Notes under the pieces: model-generated
What the model saw: only the letters and a program-made list of their open reading frames with translations
Databases searched by the model: none
Told to the model about the DNA's origin: nothing
Position numbers and translations under genes: made by a program
Assembly: GCF_000016745.1 (NCBI RefSeq)
Contig: NC_009483.1
Coordinates: forward strand, 3,180,001 to 3,212,000
Direction: 5' to 3'
Source: Geotalea uraniireducens Rf4
Lineage (GTDB): Bacteria > Desulfobacterota > Desulfuromonadia > Geobacterales > Geobacteraceae
DNA length: 32,000 bases
Shown here: positions 16,204-23,540 of the stretch, in pieces
Layout of the letters: every line of letters starts with the position of its first letter
Position numbering within the stretch: the stretch's first letter is position 1

Positions 16204-16443
16204 TCAGCGCTTGACGCCTTTCGACCTTTGCCTTATTCCATGGGCGTATACGGCCAGAGGAAGAAGCTTTTTATGTTTGACGAGCACCTCCTCCAGCGAA
16301 CCTGCATCATTGATGATGATGTCGTTTGCACCCAGTGCGGTTTCGGCGCTATGTCGGCCGTTCGGGCAGCTGTATACCATTATGGGGTAATCATTCCCGT
16401 GGATATTGATGAATGATTTGTGCACCAGTATTTTATTTGTCAT
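16204..16443 (-). CDS. Small hypothetical protein (79 aa)
   Basis: A GGAGG RBS lies 5 nt before the ATG at 16443 (the track ORF extends to 16491). I recognise no motifs. It overlaps an implausible Cys/Arg-rich plus-strand ORF. Confidence 0.4.
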   Translation of the reverse strand: MTNKILVHKSFINIHGNDYPIMVYSCPNGRHSAETALGANDIIINDAGSLEEVLVKHKKLLPLAVYAHGIRQRSKGVKR

Positions 16444-16521
16444 GACGCCTCCACCCTGCCACATCCTGTCGACAGGCATTAATTTCATCATTCAAGGGTG
16501 TTGTTCAGACCTTATGAAATC

Positions 16522-16697
16522 GTAACTATTCAGCTTACTGCCAAAACCTATAACCCCACCTGTCCTCCCCTTAAGCTAAGGGGAGGGACGCTATGTTGTC
16601 GCTGTATCGGAAGTCCCAGACGAAGCCGATTTTCACGTCCCCCCTCTTAAGTTAAGAGGGGGACAGGGGGAGTTATCCATCGCTGCTGAATAGTTAC
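16522..16697. mobile_element. 176-bp MITE-like foldback element carrying two GC-rich hairpin units
   Basis: 13-bp terminal inverted repeats: GTAACTATTCAGC (16522-16534) and GCTGAATAGTTAC (16685-16697). The direct repeat ATGAAAT occurs at 16514-16520 and 16698-16704, with 1 nt of slack on the left. Each arm has a hairpin (16562-16589, GTCCTCCCCTTAAGCTAAGGGGAGGGAC; 16637-16664, GTCCCCCCTCTTAAGTTAAGAGGGGGAC) followed by an ACAGG(T/G)GG(G/A)GTTAT tail, in inverted orientation. Confidence 0.65.
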
Positions 16698-16849
16698 ATG
16701 AAATTAAAGAGAGAGGAGCAGTATTAATGCCAAATAATTAGTTATTATTTATTTGAAGAGGGTGGCGAAGAATTCACCGAACTGATAAACAGGAGAAAGG
16801 AGGGAGTTACCCGGGAAGGCATTACCAAGAAAGTAGCAGAAACACGATT

Positions 16850-18208
16850 TCAAACCGCCCGGATACGTTTCAACCGTTCCCACAGAACCTTTCGGGAAAG
16901 GCCCAGGATACTCGCTGAACGGGTTTTATGGCCGCCGACACTATGGAGGACTTTTTCAATGTACTTATTCTCGAAATCTGCAACCGCTTCCTTCAAGGGT
17001 TTGCCGACGGCAAACGATTCGAAAAGCCTGGCGGCCAAGTCGGGATTCTGCATCGAAACCGACAGGTGGCGCGGTTTGATGATTTCTCCGGGATAGAGAA
17101 TGGATATGTGTTCGACGATGTTTTGCAATTCCCTGACATTTCCCGGAAAACCGTAGTTACAAAGTGTTTCCAGGGTCTCGGGAGTAAAATGAGGCTTCGG
17201 GCGGGGATTTTTTTCCTGAAACCGCTTCTGGAAATAGGCGATCAAAAGTGGAATATCTTCCCGTCTTTCCCTTAATGGCGGAATTGTTATCGGCACAACG
17301 TTTATGCGGAAAAAAAGGTCTTCGCGAAATGCCCGTGTACCGGCCAGCACCTTGAGATCCCTGTTGGTTGCGGCTACAAGGCGGAAATCCACGTCATACT
17401 CCATGCTGCCGCCGACCCTGTGGATGGCCTTCTCCCCCAGCGCCCGCAGGAATTTCCCCTGGAGGAAAAGCGGCAATTCTGCGATTTCATCGAGAAACAA
17501 GGTCCCTTTATCCGCCGCTTCCAGGTATCCGCATCGGCTTTTATCCGCGCCGGTGTATGCCCCGCGTTCGACGCCGAACAGCTCGCTTTCGAACAGGGTC
17601 TCCGGTATGGCTGCGCAATTCACCTTGATGCATGGATGTTTGCTCCTGCGGCTTTTTGCGTGAATAATTTCCGCAAGTAAATCCTTGCCGGTGCCGCTCT
17701 CTCCCAGCAGCAGCACCGTGGCATCTGTAGCAGCCACCATTGCGGCCGTCTGCAAAATATCTTTCATAACCGGACTGCGGGTTATGCATTCACAACTCAA
17801 CCCAGCGGCTTCGTCCCGGGAATCGATCTCTTTTTCCACTTGCCTGAATTCCATCACACTCTGCAGTTTCTGGAACAGAGTTTCCATGGTGAACGGCTTG
17901 GTTAAAAAATCGAAGGCCCCCATTTTCATGGCCTTGACCGCCTTCTCTATCGTTCCGTTGCCGGTCATGACCAGGGCCCGGCAATAGGGGGTTTTGCCGA
18001 GAACCTCGCCCATGATATCCAGACCATCGGCATCCGGCAGACCGAGATCTTCCAGCAGGAGATCAAAGCTGTCTTCTGTCAGCGCCTGCAGGGCATCGGC
18101 ACCGCTTTGTGCCAGTCTTACCTGATAGCCGGAGCTTTCCAGCGCCCGCTTGAGGGGCTCGCCCAAAAGCGGCTCGTCATCCACTACAAGTATTTTAATC
18201 CTGCTCAT
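16850..18208 (-). CDS. Sigma-54-dependent response regulator (NtrC family: REC, AAA+, HTH)
   Basis: REC domain (KILVVDDEP...KP), Walker A (GESGTGK), a GAYTGA variant of the GAFTGA sigma-54 contact loop, ESELFG, and a C-terminal Fis-type HTH (RSASILGLSRKVLWERLKR). The start is placed at the ATG at 18208, with a GGGGAGGGG RBS. Confidence 0.9.
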   Translation of the reverse strand: MSRIKILVVDDEPLLGEPLKRALESSGYQVRLAQSGADALQALTEDSFDLLLEDLGLPDADGLDIMGEVLGKTPYCRALVMTGNGTIEKAVKAMKMGAFDFLTKPFTMETLFQKLQSVMEFRQVEKEIDSRDEAAGLSCECITRSPVMKDILQTAAMVAATDATVLLLGESGTGKDLLAEIIHAKSRRSKHPCIKVNCAAIPETLFESELFGVERGAYTGADKSRCGYLEAADKGTLFLDEIAELPLFLQGKFLRALGEKAIHRVGGSMEYDVDFRLVAATNRDLKVLAGTRAFREDLFFRINVVPITIPPLRERREDIPLLIAYFQKRFQEKNPRPKPHFTPETLETLCNYGFPGNVRELQNIVEHISILYPGEIIKPRHLSVSMQNPDLAARLFESFAVGKPLKEAVADFENKYIEKVLHSVGGHKTRSASILGLSRKVLWERLKRIRAV

Positions 18209-19673
18209 TATGCCCCTCCCCATTGATGGGTATCATAACGGTAAAAACGGTTTCACCACGGCGGCTGTCGAGCAGTATGGCGCCATGATGCATATCCACG
18301 ATGGTTTTGCATATGGCCAACCCAATCCCGCTCCCCTTGCCGGACGGCTTGGTGGTGTAGAAGATCTCGAAGATTTTTTCCCGTGCCTCATCGGGCACTC
18401 CTTCTCCTTCGTCCTTAACGGAAAAACAGTAATGGTCGCCGCACAGGAATGTGGAAAACTCGATGGTTCCCTGTGGCGGCGAAGCATCCGCGGCATTTAT
18501 CAATATGTCCAGGACAACCTGATGGAGCTTCCCCTTATCCATCAGGATAGCCACAGGGGGAACGCACATATCCGCTGCTTTCAGCGAAAGAGAATGTTTC
18601 TTCAATGCCATTCCGCCGAAAGAGGCTGCCTCATGAAAGAACAGGTCGCTTCGCACCGGTTGCAAGGCCAGATTGCCGGCATGGCTGAAGTCCGACAACT
18701 GCTTGACGATATTCTGTATCCTGAAAAATCCCTGTTTCAGGGTGTCGATGTCGGCCTGCATTTTTTCCGAAGCGCTTAGTCCGAGATTATAAAGACAGCT
18801 CGAAATGGCTGCCAGCGGGTTGTTCACTTCATGGGCAACCCCGGCAACGAGCTTGCCGGTTAATGCAAGTTTCTCGTTTTGCACCATCGAAAGAACAGCA
18901 CGCTGACGCTCGGCTTCGCTCTGTTTCAAGCGGTCGATCATGGCGCTGAAACTCCTTTGCAACAGGCCGATTTCATCGCGTCTTTGCCCCGGTAGCGAAG
19001 CATCCAGCGTTTCGTGCGTAACATCGGCCATAGCTATGGAAAGTTGCCTCAAGGGACGTGTCATGGTCAAACCGATTATGTAGAAAATCGTTGTACCCGT
19101 AAGAAAGATCAGGGCGGAAAAGCTCCATATCGTTCGCTTCATTGAATCGAGCATTGATTCAAGCGGTGCAAGAGAAAATCCGACACGGAGCGCCCCCCAA
19201 CTTTTCCCGTGGATGTTCAGCGGCATAGCCATGTGAAGAACGGAGTTGCCATCCCCCTCGCCATGAACCTTCATGCTGCGATATTTGTTGTCTGAAAGTG
19301 CTGCAAGGGTAAAAGGATCGTTATACACCTTGCCGTATTCCATCGGACGATTGTGGGCAATAACCTTGCCGTGCTGGTCTGTTATAAAGGCATAAACCGT
19401 CTTGTATTCCCGATTCTCTACGATTTCCTCGAGAAGATTGTCGAGGAAATCGCGTGCTTCATGTGATCCCAGTTCTTCGTTGATGATGGCGTTGATTATG
19501 GGAACCTTCATGGATGTCAAAAGCAATTTCCCGTCACTTTCCAGCTTCCCGGACAGGTTTCTCTCTTCGACATGCAAGAACCATCGTCCCACCGTAAAAG
19601 ACGAGATCGCCACGATTACGGCAGCCGTCAATACGAATTTTGTCTTCAGACTGAATACGAGCCTTGTTCTCAT
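18195..19673 (-). CDS. Membrane sensor histidine kinase (periplasmic sensor domain, HAMP, HisKA, HATPase_c)
   Basis: Two TM segments flank a periplasmic region of about 170 aa. H-box AHEVNNPL. The ATP-binding region includes GSGIGLAI. The ATG at 19673 overlaps the upstream stop (TGATG); the track uses a TTG at 19694. Confidence 0.85.
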   Translation of the reverse strand: MRTRLVFSLKTKFVLTAAVIVAISSFTVGRWFLHVEERNLSGKLESDGKLLLTSMKVPIINAIINEELGSHEARDFLDNLLEEIVENREYKTVYAFITDQHGKVIAHNRPMEYGKVYNDPFTLAALSDNKYRSMKVHGEGDGNSVLHMAMPLNIHGKSWGALRVGFSLAPLESMLDSMKRTIWSFSALIFLTGTTIFYIIGLTMTRPLRQLSIAMADVTHETLDASLPGQRRDEIGLLQRSFSAMIDRLKQSEAERQRAVLSMVQNEKLALTGKLVAGVAHEVNNPLAAISSCLYNLGLSASEKMQADIDTLKQGFFRIQNIVKQLSDFSHAGNLALQPVRSDLFFHEAASFGGMALKKHSLSLKAADMCVPPVAILMDKGKLHQVVLDILINAADASPPQGTIEFSTFLCGDHYCFSVKDEGEGVPDEAREKIFEIFYTTKPSGKGSGIGLAICKTIVDMHHGAILLDSRRGETVFTVMIPINGEGHNEQD

Positions 19674-20551
19674 CAATGACAGCCTTTGCCGCAACTGGAA
19701 GGAATGGTTTTGAACATTCGCGACACCTGCCGGTAGTCTGATAATTTGGCCGTGGTGAAGCCGTATTTAAACGTGTCGTCCCAGTTGCTCATGAGTTTTT
19801 CATGGGAAGGATTGGTCCTGTCCAGCATGAGAAGGGCGTCCGTAACAGCCTTGACAAGCTGCTTCGGCGCGTCGCCCCTCACCACGATCGGGGCCGTCGG
19901 TATGGGATTGGAATATGCCAACACGCGCAGCCCTTCTTTTCGGTACTTTTCTGCCGTTATGTCATTTACCGCGCCGGCGTCGTACTCTCCTCTGAGCACG
20001 GCCCTGGCCACTTCATCATGATTTCTGAGGTTGGTGAACGAGCCGAGTTCCTGCATATAGACCCTCTTGCTCAACAGCAGATAGCGCGGGAAAAGGTTGC
20101 CGGAAGTGGAGTGAAGGTTGCCGAACGCCACTTTTTTGCCTTTGAGGTCCTGCAAGGAATTGAGCGGAGAGATGCGGGGGACAACGATCGCGCTCCGGTA
20201 CGAAGGACGGCCGTCTTCCCTCAGCGGCATGAGAATGGGGACCGCGCCGAAGCGGAGCCGCGCCTCCACAAAGGCGATATCGCCGAGGAAGCCGAGCTGG
20301 GTCGTGCCGTATTTGAGAAATCTCAGGGTTTCAAGGTAGTCGCGGCTGATCTTGAGTTCAAAGCGGTAAGGAGTGTTTTGCGTCAGGTAGTCCATGAGCG
20401 GCTGGTAACGCTTGTACATGCTGATGGGATTGTAACGGAGGTTGACGCCGAAACGGACCACCGGTTTCTCCGTTGTCTTGGAACGCGCGGTAAAGAGCGG
20501 CGCAACGAGTAGCGCCAGGAATACCACTGAAAACAACTGCTTCCTTTTCAT
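19673..20551 (-). CDS. PhnD-like periplasmic substrate-binding protein ending in CGKGCH
   Basis: Signal peptide (MKRKQLFSVVFLALLVAPL), then RFGV...Y.PL..YL......FEL........L..G..QLGFLG...HSTSG, typical of the phosphonate-binding-like (PhnD) fold family commonly paired with kinases. The extreme C-terminus is SSCGKGCH. The start is placed at the ATG at 20551, with a GGGAG RBS. Confidence 0.75.
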   Translation of the reverse strand: MKRKQLFSVVFLALLVAPLFTARSKTTEKPVVRFGVNLRYNPISMYKRYQPLMDYLTQNTPYRFELKISRDYLETLRFLKYGTTQLGFLGDIAFVEARLRFGAVPILMPLREDGRPSYRSAIVVPRISPLNSLQDLKGKKVAFGNLHSTSGNLFPRYLLLSKRVYMQELGSFTNLRNHDEVARAVLRGEYDAGAVNDITAEKYRKEGLRVLAYSNPIPTAPIVVRGDAPKQLVKAVTDALLMLDRTNPSHEKLMSNWDDTFKYGFTTAKLSDYRQVSRMFKTIPSSCGKGCH

Positions 20552-20598
20552 TTCGGAACTCCCTGGTGAAGGTATTCCACACCGGCATGGGCCGGGAA

Positions 20599-22353
20599 CT
20601 AATAACTTCTCGGGTTGGTGGAATGACAACTGACTGAACAGCTTCCTGCGCCATAGACGGCAGTGGGTCCTGCATAGCGTGTATCAAAGTTGATCAGGTG
20701 AAGATTAGCCGCAACACCGTGGGGGTCGTGGCAGGCGGAGCAAGGTGCTTCTTTTCCCGTATGATCAAGCACATGCGCTTTATGCAGGGCAACCGATGGA
20801 GCGTTTGGCGGCCTCGTGGGGTTCAGCAGGTAGTCCGGGTCGTGGCAGCGGAAGCAGAGCGGATAGGTTTTGTCGGCAGACGGATAGGTCTCGCTGTTTT
20901 TTTCTTTCAGCATGTGAGGCTCGTCTGCGCCCATGGGGCTGTGACAATCGCAGCAGTAAATCATGGTCATCCTGGTCTGATACTGCAACAGGAGGCTTTT
21001 CCCAGTCCCTTGGCGACTTCCTGTTACCGGGTGGTAGGACATATTGCTTGCCGCAAAACGAAGGCTTTCGTCCAGCACATCAGATTGCCGCAAAGGACGT
21101 TCTATGAATTTTTTGAAGACGGCGTTCGTATATGCATGGCACTTGAAACAAATCTGGAACTCGGCTGTAGCCGGTGCGACTTCGCTTTTGCCGGATTCGT
21201 CGACGCCTCTCACCCCTCTCAGAGCACCGTTAATTGCCGGCGGAGTTGCAGCAGGAGCAACCAGGGGGGTGCCGGATCCGAATGGAACGCCCTGATAGCC
21301 CGCCTGATGAGGGTTATGGCAGTCCACACATTCCACATGTTTGACCTTGGCCGGCAGCGGTTCGTTCTGCACGTGCCCCCCCTCCCCTGCCGACGGCACA
21401 CTGTGGGTGTAAGCTTTATTGAACAGCGATCTGATATCCCCGTCGGTGTTTGCGCCGTTATGGCAGGTGCCGCTGCCATCGCGGTGAAAGCAGTTTTCGC
21501 CGGGAACGGCGCTCTTCAGCAAATGGACTGCTCCGGGAGCGCTGTGCGGAAAATGGCAGGTGATGCATCCCGATTTCGAGACGTTGGCGCCGTTGGTGGA
21601 ATCTCTTACCCCACCTGTCCGGTGGGTGCTGTCAGGGAGGTTCCACCCCGACTTCCTGTGACAGGCGGTACAGAGCGGAGTGCCGGGATTTTCCCAGGGG
21701 ATGTTGTTTATGACGGTGAAGTTATCGTTCAGGTTATTGTGCGGGTCATGGCAGGAAGTGCATTCGAGGTAGATGCCCTCCGACAGCCTGATCCCCTTGG
21801 CTGCCAACAACTGCGGGTTTTCCAGCTCGGCATCTGCCTCATAGGTGTAAGGGAACGAGATGGGATGATCGTCCGACAGGTCCCACCCCAGGTTGGTTAT
21901 TTTAGCGGGATCGGTGTCGACAGCATCCTTCACCATCTTCGGCATACCGTTGTCCAGATTGTAGGTACCGGTTAATGCGCCGAGAGCCACGGTTCCGTCA
22001 TGGCAGCTCAGGCATAGCCGCGATGCCCCTTTTGGTTGACCGGGCTTTGCCTTGAGGGTTGTCGACCCATACGGAATATAGGTGGTAAGAGTCGAAATCT
22101 GACGGCTCCACAACGGGCCGTCGCCATTGGCATGGTGGGGTGCATGGCAGAAGATGCAGATCTTTTCTTCCTTTGTCGACTGGTACAACGGGGTGTGCCC
22201 TTTATCAGGCGCACCTTTACCGCTCGTGGAGAGATTGTGCGGGGTATCGGCAACATTGGAGCCCCGGTTGGATGCATGGGCCTGCCCCATGCTCAGAAGG
22301 GCAAAGGCGCATAGTATCCAAAATGCGTGCAGTGGCCGTATTTGCCTGTTCAT
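20599..22353 (-). CDS. Secreted multihaem cytochrome c (584 aa; 10 CXXCH plus the variants CSVSCH and C-X8-CH)
   Basis: Signal peptide (…GQAHA). The N-terminal half is a paralogue of the 270-aa tetrahaem protein (PHNL....CIFCHAPHHA..PLWS..LCLSCHDG..DHPISF..CTSCHDPHN..LCTACH). The start overlaps the upstream stop (ATGA). Confidence 0.9.
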   Translation of the reverse strand: MNRQIRPLHAFWILCAFALLSMGQAHASNRGSNVADTPHNLSTSGKGAPDKGHTPLYQSTKEEKICIFCHAPHHANGDGPLWSRQISTLTTYIPYGSTTLKAKPGQPKGASRLCLSCHDGTVALGALTGTYNLDNGMPKMVKDAVDTDPAKITNLGWDLSDDHPISFPYTYEADAELENPQLLAAKGIRLSEGIYLECTSCHDPHNNLNDNFTVINNIPWENPGTPLCTACHRKSGWNLPDSTHRTGGVRDSTNGANVSKSGCITCHFPHSAPGAVHLLKSAVPGENCFHRDGSGTCHNGANTDGDIRSLFNKAYTHSVPSAGEGGHVQNEPLPAKVKHVECVDCHNPHQAGYQGVPFGSGTPLVAPAATPPAINGALRGVRGVDESGKSEVAPATAEFQICFKCHAYTNAVFKKFIERPLRQSDVLDESLRFAASNMSYHPVTGSRQGTGKSLLLQYQTRMTMIYCCDCHSPMGADEPHMLKEKNSETYPSADKTYPLCFRCHDPDYLLNPTRPPNAPSVALHKAHVLDHTGKEAPCSACHDPHGVAANLHLINFDTRYAGPTAVYGAGSCSVSCHSTNPRSY

Positions 22354-23426
22354 TTCTTAGCGCCTCTCACCATTGCGTCACCCAGCTTCAGGTACCTGAA
22401 CACCTGGACCCGGCGGTTATAGGTATCTGCAACATAGATATAATCTTTCCCATCTATGTAAATGCCTGACGGCATCCAGAATTGCCCTTCCTGCCCACCG
22501 TTGCTCCCGAAATCGAGGAGAACCCGGCCTGTTCCGTCAAAGATCTGCACCGCGTCGAATAGCGCATCGCAGACATAAATATGACCTTCGCTGTCAACGG
22601 CAACCCCCTTTGGTTTGGCGAAACTTCCGGAGGAATCGCCGGCCCTGCCGAACACATCCAGCAGCTGTCCATCAGGAGAAAATCTCTGAATTCTGAAATT
22701 CAGCGCATCCGTTACCAGCAAGCTCCCCTGGGCATCCACAAACAGGTCGGTAGGATAATTGAACTGACCGGGCAGATCCCCCCTGACGCCTATCCTCATT
22801 CGCTCCATGCCGTCGAGGCCGAAGGCGATTACCTGGTGAGCCGCGGTATCGGTCACATAGATCAGCTTATTGCGCCGGTTGTAGGCTATCCCCGTCGGTC
22901 TCCCCAGCTTGAAGGGTACAAACGGGGAAAGCTCCTTTCGAATAAGGCTGTATCGGTAGATAGCGCCTGCTGACGAATCCGTTATGTAGACATTCTCCTG
23001 TTCATCCTCCGTAATGGCGATCGGAGTCCTGAAAACGGCTTTGTCTTCTTTCCCGATGAGGAAATATTCCTTGTTTCTCATGTCCATGACGTGAACGACA
23101 GAAGCCCCCACGTCAACGACGAAGAGCCGCTCTTTCTCGTCGCAGAAAACGCCGTACGGCTTGATGATGCGGGTTTTATCCTCTCCGAAAACCAGATCCG
23201 CCAGCCGTTGCCAGAACCCTTTGCTGATCCCTGCATCGCGATAATCGTTAATGTCCTTTACCCATTCTATCCTCGGCTCCAGTGGCAAAGGCGGCCATTG
23301 AAGTTCACGACTCGCAGACCTTTGTCCGGTGGCGGATGAGGATGCACAGGCGGTTACATACAGGCAGGCAAGTACAGCGCAGATAACCTTCATGCTTTTT
23401 ACAAGGACGGATGTTCCCAGTTGCAA
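22350..23426 (-). CDS. NHL-repeat beta-propeller lipoprotein
   Basis: Lipobox (LYVTAC). There are about six repeats of the (F..P.GIA/VAVD..G.IYV.D..N.RIQ.F) NHL pattern. The start is ambiguous: TTG at 23426 directly abuts the AAGGAGG, and the ATG at 23393 lacks a good RBS. Confidence 0.85.
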   Translation of the reverse strand: MQLGTSVLVKSMKVICAVLACLYVTACASSSATGQRSASRELQWPPLPLEPRIEWVKDINDYRDAGISKGFWQRLADLVFGEDKTRIIKPYGVFCDEKERLFVVDVGASVVHVMDMRNKEYFLIGKEDKAVFRTPIAITEDEQENVYITDSSAGAIYRYSLIRKELSPFVPFKLGRPTGIAYNRRNKLIYVTDTAAHQVIAFGLDGMERMRIGVRGDLPGQFNYPTDLFVDAQGSLLVTDALNFRIQRFSPDGQLLDVFGRAGDSSGSFAKPKGVAVDSEGHIYVCDALFDAVQIFDGTGRVLLDFGSNGGQEGQFWMPSGIYIDGKDYIYVADTYNRRVQVFRYLKLGDAMVRGAKK

Positions 23427-23442
23427 CCTCCTTTTCCAAAGG

Positions 23443-23528
23443 CTTCCCCCCTCCCGACCTCCCCCCGCTGGGGGGAGGAAGCAGGTCCCCTCCCCAGGAG
23501 GGGGAGGGTTGGGGAGGGGGCGAGGTGG
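23443..23528. repeat. GC-rich composite palindrome (two hairpin units in inverted orientation)
   Basis: Hairpin 1: CCTCCCCCC-GCT-GGGGGGAGG (23458-23478). Hairpin 2: CCCTCCCC-AGGAG-GGGGAGGG (23488-23508). The flanking G/C-rich tails (23443-23459 and 23509-23528) are approximate reverse complements of each other. It lies between the barrel gene stop and the NHL gene start. Confidence 0.7.
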
Positions 23529-23540
23529 ACCGTTGACAGA

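Noticed and set aside
15970-16416. 148-aa plus-strand ORF in the regulator/cytochrome spacer.
   Set aside because: It has a Cys/Arg-rich, implausible composition and no RBS. It overlaps the better-supported minus-strand 79-aa ORF and the candidate enhancer region.
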